Virus record (IMG/VR): IMGVR_UViG_3300024254_000024
Coordinates: 1-28,302 of that record
Length of the DNA stretch: 28,302 nt
From: a virus
Lineage: Duplodnaviria > Caudoviricetes
Reading direction: 5' to 3' (one strand)
Position 1 is the first letter of the stretch. Each line of letters begins with the position of its first letter. The notes under the pieces were generated by a model. The model was not told the origin of the DNA. It searched no databases and worked only from the letters and a program-made list of their open reading frames with translations. Positions 1 to 6,854 of the stretch are shown piece by piece. The position numbers and the translations under genes were made by a program.

Positions 1-498
1 CTGGAGAGAGCTGAATACATGTTTGTCATTCAGGCCTCACGTCTAGCAGACTATGCCGAGCACTCTATGAAGTGGCGTAATCTGGAGAGGATGGGTGTTG
101 ACTGGTTCTCTCTGCCAAGGAGGTCTACGGACCGATTCGGTACGAGAGCATTTGGTCTGGGACACTTACTGCAGTTTAAGACCTTGAGGCCTGATATCAA
201 GATCCACCTATTGGGGTTCTCGAACAACGTACCAGACGATCTCTGGTGTACACGCCAGACCTTTGTCGAGGGTATCGACTCTGCAGTCCCTCTGAGGATG
301 GGACAGAAAGGCGAGATCTTCAACGTAGCCATGCGAGGAGATCAAGCAGGCCCCAGAGGTACCTTCTGGGAAGATCCCCATACCGTAGTACACCACAGAA
401 CCAGAGAGAACCTGCAGCTCGTACGGGACACGATCAAGCTGCCGGGGCGTTTCCCGCTGAACAGCTACCATCCGACTCTGCTGCCGGGAGCTTCGTAA
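1..498 (+). CDS. 5'-truncated TIM-barrel protein, tRNA/DNA-guanine transglycosylase (TGT/DpdA)-like
   Basis: Frame is open from base 1. IHLLGF...VEGIDSAVP resembles the HLLG and D-S strand motifs of TGT-fold proteins. Stop TAA overlaps the polymerase ATG (TAATG, 496-500). Confidence 0.5.
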   Translation: MERAEYMFVIQASRLADYAEHSMKWRNLERMGVDWFSLPRRSTDRFGTRAFGLGHLLQFKTLRPDIKIHLLGFSNNVPDDLWCTRQTFVEGIDSAVPLRMGQKGEIFNVAMRGDQAGPRGTFWEDPHTVVHHRTRENLQLVRDTIKLPGRFPLNSYHPTLLPGAS

Positions 499-3209
499 TG
501 GAAGAAGTCAGACCTGCTGAAGATAAGAAGTGGCGGCTTGCAGGCCCTGAGCCCAAGTACAAGTCCCAGCTTCTCAAATGCCCTGGATGCCCTTACAGAG
601 GCCCTCAGTGTGGATCCAGAGGCAGACTTGACAGCCCAATTGTGTTCGTGGGCGAAGCTCCAGGTCACGAGGAAGTTCGGCACAAGTTCCCTCTAGTAGG
701 ACCTTCTGGGACGGTATTCTGGGGGACGTTACCTCCCAAGGAGGCTATGGAGGAATACGGGATCCCCTTAGAGGATATCCTTATCCTGAATGCGTGCCAG
801 TGCCAGCCGCCTCGCTCGAAGAATCAACAAGAGAATATGCGGCGAGTTAGTGCTGCCAGGTTGGTATGCCAGGATCGGTTGATCTGGCAGATCGAACAGC
901 ACCCCAGGAAGCTGATCGTAGCAATGGGCAACCATGCTGTGTGGGCTCTGACAGGAAACATATCGTACAAGATCACCCAGATCCGAGGTAACTTTATTCC
1001 TAGTGAGCTAGCAGAGATGGGGATACTACCTGTAGTACATCCTGCAGGTATCTTACGCGGTACAGGTAACTATCGCCAATACAAGATGGACATGTGGTAC
1101 TCGGTTGATCTCATGAGAGGTCAACCCAAGAAGAAGCCCCTAGAACCCTATTTCCTAGTCTGCGATACAGAAGAGAAAGTACGAGAAGCTGTCCGTCGCC
1201 TGATGAAGAAGCCTGTACTCGATATGGATATCGAGACAACAGGATTCAACCCTCGAGTAGATGACGTACTGTGCATTGGTATCGCATACGACCCAAGACT
1301 GGTTTACATCTTCCCAGGCGGTATCCGCTCTGTAGATCGGATGATCGAGCTCGAGGCTGATGAGTCCTGGATGGACGGAGGTTACAACGTAGTTAAGCAC
1401 TCGCCGGCGTTCCGGGAGTTCATGCAGAAGTACCCCGGTAAGATGTGCTGGCACATGGGCAAGTTCGACATCGGGTTCATGCGTGAGGAGGGACACCCCG
1501 ACGCACGTGTGGATGAAGACACAGGCATGATGTCGTATGCTCTGGACGAGCAACGAGGGATCCATGACCTAGAGCAAGTGTCCGGAGACTTGTTTGGTGC
1601 TCCAGACTACAAGTACATGATCAAAAGGTGGGTACCGAAGTTTGGGATGTCGTACTGCCGAATCCCTCGGTATGCTTTGTACAACTACCTAGCATTCGAC
1701 GTTAGTAACACAGGACAGATCCGCCTGCTCTTGTTAGTCAGAATCACGGAGGATCCTCGTCTCAAGAAGCTGTACTATAGACACTTAATCCCCGCGTGCG
1801 ATACACTCTCGTGGATCGAACGCCGAGGGATGCCTGCCTCGAGGTGGGCTCTAGAGCGACAGCAGAAGAGACTTCAAGAGGAGATCGACAGGACAAGACT
1901 CATTGTCAATGTCGAAGCGAACAGGCTGCTCAAGGAAGAAGTGTACATCAATCCCGGATCCCCCCAACAGATGGGGTGGTTGTTCTGGGATGTGATGGGG
2001 TTCGAAGTCCCGAAAGGGATGGAGAAGTCCACCAGGAAAGAAGTAGTCGCGAAACTGCCCCAGACACCCTTAGTGGTAGCATATCGGGAGTTCAAGAAAG
2101 CTCAGAAAGCAAAAGGGACTTACGCCGATGCCCTTCTTCGTGCTATTGATCCTGTCACTGGCCGCATACATCCCACTTTTCTTATTCATGGGACTCGTAC
2201 TGGGAGGCTCGCTCACAAAGATATCGCGAATATCCCTCGAGACAAGAAGATACGAGGAATGTTTGCGTTCGAACTTGGTATGCAACATCTCCTCCCTAAG
2301 CCCTACATCAATACTGGCTCCTACGGAAGTGGCCGCCGTAAGTACGTTAAAGCGGATCTTGATCAAGCAGAATTGCGTGTATTGGCTGCCATGTCTGGCG
2401 ACCCAGAACTATGCGCCATATATCTTGATGGTAAGAGGAAGCTTCACCGAGAAGTGAGCGACATGATTTGGGGCTCCCCAGGGAACTCTGAAGGTAAGGC
2501 TTCTGGTATCTACAAGTGGGGCAATGAGGAGTACATGAGAGCAAAGGCTCTCAACTTCGGAATCATCTACGGACGGAGAGGTCCTTCTATCGCACAGGAG
2601 TTTAGCATCCCTGAGGCTGAAGGAACCAAGTACGTCGACATGTGGAGAGACAAGTTCCGCACTGCTTGGGACTTTATTGAGTACTGTCGTGGTGCCCCTC
2701 TGAGAATGGAGACAATCATTACTCCGTTCGGCAGAAAGAAGCGTCACTGGATCGTGACTCAAGAGAACCTTAACGGTCTAGAGAACGAGGCAGCGAACTT
2801 CCCAGAGCAGTCGATTGCATCCGATATCGTACTGGAAGCTTCAAAGCAGCTAGGACCTAAGCTGCGAGCTATGGACTGCTGGATCGTGTTCTTGATCCAC
2901 GATGAGATCTTGACAGACGTACCAGATGACATCGGCCTGATCCGTGAAGCTCGCCAGATGATCGAAGAGGAATTGGAGAGGGCCCCGAAGACTTGGGGCA
3001 TCACGAGAGTCCCGTTCAAGGCAGATACCTCTGTCGGCAAGCGATGGGGTATCTACACGTCGAGTGATCGGCCGTCAAGAGAAACAGGACTTACCTGGGA
3101 ACAATACCTAGAGACTCGCACGTACGTAGCAGACGTGCCATTCGAGGACACCGGAGATGCGAACGCCCCATTCACAGTCCCAATTGTCGGACTCGGAGCT
3201 GCTGACTGA
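498..3209 (+). CDS. polA: Family A DNA polymerase with N-terminal family-4-like uracil-DNA glycosylase domain and 3'-5' exonuclease (SPO1-type architecture), 903 aa
   Basis: UDG: CPGC, VFVGEAPG, VGPSG, NACQC, HPA. Exonuclease: DIETTG, HMGKFD, YLAFD. Polymerase: TRTGRL, ADLDQAELR (motif A), AKALNFGIIYG (B), IHDE (C). Start moved from 246 to ATG 498, which is coupled to the upstream stop. Confidence 0.95.
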   Translation: MEEVRPAEDKKWRLAGPEPKYKSQLLKCPGCPYRGPQCGSRGRLDSPIVFVGEAPGHEEVRHKFPLVGPSGTVFWGTLPPKEAMEEYGIPLEDILILNACQCQPPRSKNQQENMRRVSAARLVCQDRLIWQIEQHPRKLIVAMGNHAVWALTGNISYKITQIRGNFIPSELAEMGILPVVHPAGILRGTGNYRQYKMDMWYSVDLMRGQPKKKPLEPYFLVCDTEEKVREAVRRLMKKPVLDMDIETTGFNPRVDDVLCIGIAYDPRLVYIFPGGIRSVDRMIELEADESWMDGGYNVVKHSPAFREFMQKYPGKMCWHMGKFDIGFMREEGHPDARVDEDTGMMSYALDEQRGIHDLEQVSGDLFGAPDYKYMIKRWVPKFGMSYCRIPRYALYNYLAFDVSNTGQIRLLLLVRITEDPRLKKLYYRHLIPACDTLSWIERRGMPASRWALERQQKRLQEEIDRTRLIVNVEANRLLKEEVYINPGSPQQMGWLFWDVMGFEVPKGMEKSTRKEVVAKLPQTPLVVAYREFKKAQKAKGTYADALLRAIDPVTGRIHPTFLIHGTRTGRLAHKDIANIPRDKKIRGMFAFELGMQHLLPKPYINTGSYGSGRRKYVKADLDQAELRVLAAMSGDPELCAIYLDGKRKLHREVSDMIWGSPGNSEGKASGIYKWGNEEYMRAKALNFGIIYGRRGPSIAQEFSIPEAEGTKYVDMWRDKFRTAWDFIEYCRGAPLRMETIITPFGRKKRHWIVTQENLNGLENEAANFPEQSIASDIVLEASKQLGPKLRAMDCWIVFLIHDEILTDVPDDIGLIREARQMIEEELERAPKTWGITRVPFKADTSVGKRWGIYTSSDRPSRETGLTWEQYLETRTYVADVPFEDTGDANAPFTVPIVGLGAAD

Positions 3210-3393
3210 GTTCCTGGAGGTGTCCCGGGCTTACTACGGACAAAGCTCGGAACACATGACTACTGCTGAGGCCTTGTACAGGCTGAGGCCTGTCTGTGCC
3301 TGCGATCTCGTCCGGCTTGCATCCAACGCCCGCCAATTACGGGATCGAATCATCTACGGAAGAAACTACCGCCCCAACCGAAAGGTATCCTGA
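3157..3393 (+). CDS. Small hypothetical protein (start uncertain)
   Basis: Fills the gap after polA; its stop overlaps the next start (TGATG). No recognisable motif. Confidence 0.4.
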   Translation: MRTPHSQSQLSDSELLTEFLEVSRAYYGQSSEHMTTAEALYRLRPVCACDLVRLASNARQLRDRIIYGRNYRPNRKVS

Positions 3394-3647
3394 TGAGAAC
3401 GAACATGCCTTTGATAGGCGAGCAGACTTGCGGCAAGTGCAAGCACTCTCGTCCTGTGACTAACCCACAGCCCGGGGCCGAGAGGATCTGTAAGAGGTAC
3501 CCACCTCAACTCAACTCAGTCCTGATCGGCCGAAATGCAGACGGCAGCCCTATGTTCATGCACCACTGCGCATGGCCCCCTGTGGGCAAAGACGAAGAGG
3601 GGTGCACTGGCGAGTGGAAGCCGATCATCGCTACCGGAATTAACTAA
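3393..3647 (+). CDS. Small Cys-rich putative metal-binding phage protein
   Basis: CGKC...CKRYPP...WPPV...CTGEW pattern, typical of small phage proteins; coupled to neighbours on both sides (TGATG, TAATG). Confidence 0.7.
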   Translation: MRTNMPLIGEQTCGKCKHSRPVTNPQPGAERICKRYPPQLNSVLIGRNADGSPMFMHHCAWPPVGKDEEGCTGEWKPIIATGIN

Positions 3648-4252
3648 TGTCCCCACTTGGGGTTGTGTGCCACTACGTGTGGCATAAGGTACTAGCAGCC
3701 GGCACAGCCCCCTCCGCCATCGCTCACGGAGCCAGAGTCACTCGGCGAGCAGTCGGTGTGGGTGTGCGAAGGGTTGCTAAGAGCGGCGCCAAGCACGGCG
3801 TAGCCCACAAAGCTGCTGCTGTCCTGGTGCCAGTTCTGGTTTGTCACACTCTTCCTGGGGATAGTTTCGTGGATAGGGGGCCTCTGGGGTCTCTGGGGTC
3901 TCCTGCTAGTATCGTTCCAGTAGGCAGCGGCGGAGGCTGGAGTGGTGACATATTCCCTGTTGGCGATTTGCCTTTTGCTATTACTACCCCCGGTACGCTC
4001 CCACTGAGTGGCGAAGTCCCATTCAGTCCCGACGTATCTGTCCTCCCCGGTCCTATTGACCTCGGCCCCATTGCTGGTCCTGGACCCGGTAGTGGGGGTG
4101 GGCCCGAAGGCGGACCTGGTGTCCCGCAGCAAGGCCCAGAGAATGTCCCTGAGCCTCCTGCTCTTTGGTTGTTCAGTGGTGCTTTGGCTTTGTTGGGGGC
4201 GATTCATGGTATTACCTCAATCCGAGGCCGCTTACGCAGAAGCCTAGGATAA
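3647..4252 (+). CDS. PEP-CTERM-type sorting-signal protein, Gly/Pro-rich
   Basis: C-terminus VPEPPALWLFSGALALLGAI...RGRLRR = VPEP + hydrophobic helix + basic tail, preceded by a G/P low-complexity linker; TAATG-coupled start. Confidence 0.75.
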   Translation: MSPLGVVCHYVWHKVLAAGTAPSAIAHGARVTRRAVGVGVRRVAKSGAKHGVAHKAAAVLVPVLVCHTLPGDSFVDRGPLGSLGSPASIVPVGSGGGWSGDIFPVGDLPFAITTPGTLPLSGEVPFSPDVSVLPGPIDLGPIAGPGPGSGGGPEGGPGVPQQGPENVPEPPALWLFSGALALLGAIHGITSIRGRLRRSLG

Positions 4253-4367
4253 AGAAGAACATACCCAGGCGGAATAGTTTGAGCCAGGGGTACTGCTGGG
4301 GAGGTGGCTCCCATATTGCAGACAGAAGTACAAGTATAGCTGCTACTACCCATAGTGCGAACTGCAT
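4212..4367 (-). CDS. 51-aa two-transmembrane protein (holin candidate); not in ORF track
   Basis: Hand-translated: MQFALWVVAAILVLLSAIWEPPPQQYPWLKLFRLGMFFFILGFCVSGLGLR*. AAGGAG SD; ATG overlaps the upstream TGA (TGATG). Confidence 0.65.
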   Translation of the reverse strand: MQFALWVVAAILVLLSAIWEPPPQQYPWLKLFRLGMFFFILGFCVSGLGLR

Positions 4368-4831
4368 CACTGCTTCTCCTTCTTCGTGTGTTTGGAAGCA
4401 CCTCGTGTACCTGGTGCAACGTACTTGTGGCCGTGACGTCCTTCAGGATCTCGCCAATTGCCTTTGCCTGGTCCTTGACCGGGCTCGAACTTTCTAAACG
4501 ATCCTGAAGGTCTGTGAACCCAACCTTCCTTAGGAAGTCCCTCGTAGGGATCGAAATTCCACCACCTCTTGGGCTTGAACCTTTCGAACGTGGGGTCTCC
4601 TTCCCGAACTAGAAGTAGCCCCAGAGACTGATTAGCTGCTATGTCGTAGCCCCTGTTACGGAGTCTGTTAGCCATTACAGCAACGCAGTTCATAGCAGAC
4701 AGGGGACCTCCATCTTCTCGGTCTCCCCATACGTAGTCGACTAGCTCCTCATACTTTACCCACCCGCCTTCGTGTATTTGTAGTATAGCTAACAGCGACC
4801 CCAAGCGGTTGCGGCCCCCCAGAGCCGACAA
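4367..4831 (-). CDS. Stand-alone OmpR/PhoB-type winged-helix DNA-binding protein
   Basis: VKYEELVDYVWG...GP...NCVAVMANRLRNR..Y.I....G..L matches the Trans_reg_C pattern; no receiver domain; start uncertain. Confidence 0.7.
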   Translation of the reverse strand: MSALGGRNRLGSLLAILQIHEGGWVKYEELVDYVWGDREDGGPLSAMNCVAVMANRLRNRGYDIAANQSLGLLLVREGDPTFERFKPKRWWNFDPYEGLPKEGWVHRPSGSFRKFEPGQGPGKGNWRDPEGRHGHKYVAPGTRGASKHTKKEKQ

Positions 4832-4904
4832 AAGATGCTTAGTCCTGGTCCTGTCTAACCTACGCCCGGACGTTTATACTCCAGTGGGGGCGCCACCCAA
4901 AGAG

Positions 4905-5222
4905 TTACAGGACTAGAGGCGCAACCATCAGTGCGACTTTGAGACCATCTCCAATGATCGTGAGCCACTGGGGAGTCGTGGTGTTAACAGTTGGCGGTAC
5001 GGCTCCTGCCGAAAGTGGTGTACAGACCGAGTTGGCATAGCTGGCAAGATTGCGCGCTTTGGGATCGGCAGCTACTGATCCTCGCTGGACTAGGGGAGCC
5101 ATGTCTTGGCAGACTGCAGCAGCCTGCTGAGCTCCCGGGATGCTTGCAACAAGCGAGGGAGCAGCCCCGGCACACCCTGCCAACAGGAGTGTTAACGATA
5201 TAGCTGTCACTGTCCTTTTCAT
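4905..5222 (-). CDS. Lipoprotein with hydrophobic C-terminus (spanin candidate)
   Basis: MKR + hydrophobic stretch + LAGC lipobox; two further Cys; C-terminal WLTIIGDGLKVALMVAPLVL; GGAG SD. Confidence 0.7.
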   Translation of the reverse strand: MKRTVTAISLTLLLAGCAGAAPSLVASIPGAQQAAAVCQDMAPLVQRGSVAADPKARNLASYANSVCTPLSAGAVPPTVNTTTPQWLTIIGDGLKVALMVAPLVL

Positions 5223-5226
5223 GGCC

Positions 5227-5829
5227 TTACTCTCCTGGGGGTTTCACTAACGTTACATGCATTTCCCAAACCGAGTTGATGTAGTGCTTAGAAGCGAACC
5301 CACGGAACTCGTCATTTCTTGTTGCGACGGCAGGATCAGCAATGTGCCCTGCCATGATGAAGAGGTCTCCGTTTTGCGTTACCGAATAGAAGTTGCAATT
5401 CACAGGAAGGGCAGTCAGCTCGTTCTCCTGGCGCCACTTCTCTGAGTAGACCAAGAAGCTCTCTTCACAGAGGGGAGGCCACTGAGCCAGAGGATCGGCA
5501 ATCGCACGACGTGAAGACCAATAGGGCACTACGATCATCAACCTGCCGCCGGGCTTCAGGACTCGCCAAATCTCGTCTACGCAAGCGAATCGCTGTTTTT
5601 GATCCAACCGCTGAAAATACCAGGCAAGCATTATATTCGAGACTGTGCTACTCTCCACCTTCTCAAGGTCCTCCCAGCTTTCAAGCTTCACGTAGCCGGG
5701 CTCTTCTTGAGTCCCGATCCTATAGTTGATCTCTATAGACGGTACTGCGAGGGGTACTAGCACCGGAGAGGGGGCGGTCTTGGCTTTGGCCTGGGTCTGG
5801 GTCTTGACTCTGGTCTTAGTTCTGGGCAT
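5227..5829 (-). CDS. Class I SAM-dependent methyltransferase-like protein (degenerate)
   Basis: DEIWRVLKPGGRLMIVVP is a typical Methyltransf_11-like motif; no clear GxG motif I; GAGGA SD. Confidence 0.7.
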   Translation of the reverse strand: MPRTKTRVKTQTQAKAKTAPSPVLVPLAVPSIEINYRIGTQEEPGYVKLESWEDLEKVESSTVSNIMLAWYFQRLDQKQRFACVDEIWRVLKPGGRLMIVVPYWSSRRAIADPLAQWPPLCEESFLVYSEKWRQENELTALPVNCNFYSVTQNGDLFIMAGHIADPAVATRNDEFRGFASKHYINSVWEMHVTLVKPPGE

Positions 5830-5864
5830 TGTAAGGTTCCTCAGTTGGGGGCGAAACTGTGTTG

Positions 5865-6101
5865 TTACTCAGACCTGTTGTTATTGTTGAGAGTGGGAAA
5901 GTTAGTAGAGCCTCCTGCTTGTGGTTGATCTACGTCAGTGACATCTGCAGTCTGCGTGTGAGGGTATTGCATGGGACGTAATTGAGGGTTCGCGTACTTG
6001 ACTAGGATGCCTCTAGCCACAACGAACTCATCAACTTCTATTGCAGTCAGCTGAGCTCTCATGAAGAACTTTAGAACCCTGTTAGCCTCTTCAGGAGTCA
6101 T
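5865..6101 (-). CDS. Hypothetical protein
   Basis: Tightly packed between the GT and MTase genes on the operon strand. Confidence 0.65.
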   Translation of the reverse strand: MTPEEANRVLKFFMRAQLTAIEVDEFVVARGILVKYANPQLRPMQYPHTQTADVTDVDQPQAGGSTNFPTLNNNNRSE

Positions 6102-6108
6102 ACTTTAC

Positions 6109-6837
6109 CTACCACATGATTTGGTTCTCGTTGTCCCAATGTCCTACCTTAACCGAGCAGTCGATTGCACACCTATAGAACTTATAGGCGTCTGACCAGA
6201 AATACAGATCTTGGCTCCAAGCTCCTTCTTGGGGGTTGGCAGGTGTCTTGAACCACGGCTTACGTAGTCGTGGGTCCTTGAACATCTCCATCCGGAACAG
6301 TGTGAAGCCCATCCCAGTCCCGTAGCACTCCTTTAGACCTCCGTTCAGGTCTGGGGGCTGGGGTCGAAAGTTGAGAACTGGATCGCCTCTGTCTCCCCAG
6401 ATCTGAGCAACTCCCGAGAATCCTTTTGTGAAGTATAGACCTCCGATCGCCCCGAGTTCAGGGTGCTGTTCCATCTGCTTCTGGAGCCTGACAAGACCGT
6501 CCGGAGGAGGGGCGTTGTCGTGTTCTAAGCACAGGAGGAACTTCCACTTGCCCAGATCTGGGTGGGCTAGGATCTGTTCAATCATGTAAGTATAGGCATC
6601 TCCTACTTCGCAGTCAACAGCCCACATTGACGTACATCTGTTATTGGGAGGCTTGATCATGCTCTCCCAACTCGCTACGATCTTGGGTGGGATACCCTGT
6701 TTGGATCCCACAGGACGTAGAATGATAGTCGAGAGATCTTTCCAACTCGCATCGGCTTTCAGTCTGCGAGTAGCCTGTGCTAGGTCTGAGTTGTGTAGAC
6801 CTGGATCATAGGCGTTGATGATTTGGGGCTCGGGCAT
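6109..6837 (-). CDS. GT-A fold (GT2-like) glycosyltransferase, 242 aa
   Basis: FLLCLEHD (DxD-equivalent), PPDGLVRL, GTGMGFTLF, PWF, SQDLYF (GED-like), DCSVKVGH. Start reassigned to ATG 6837 behind AGGAG. Confidence 0.75.
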   Translation of the reverse strand: MPEPQIINAYDPGLHNSDLAQATRRLKADASWKDLSTIILRPVGSKQGIPPKIVASWESMIKPPNNRCTSMWAVDCEVGDAYTYMIEQILAHPDLGKWKFLLCLEHDNAPPPDGLVRLQKQMEQHPELGAIGGLYFTKGFSGVAQIWGDRGDPVLNFRPQPPDLNGGLKECYGTGMGFTLFRMEMFKDPRLRKPWFKTPANPQEGAWSQDLYFWSDAYKFYRCAIDCSVKVGHWDNENQIMW

Positions 6838-6854
6838 CAACCTATCTCCTTCTC

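Noticed and set aside
246-497. 84-codon N-terminal extension of the polymerase in the ORF track
   Set aside because: Overlaps the upstream gene out of frame and has no domain features; ATG 498 is coupled to the upstream stop.
2270-2345. Possible intein or intron in polA before motif A
   Set aside because: Only a roughly 20-aa in-frame insertion; no intein splice motifs or frame break.
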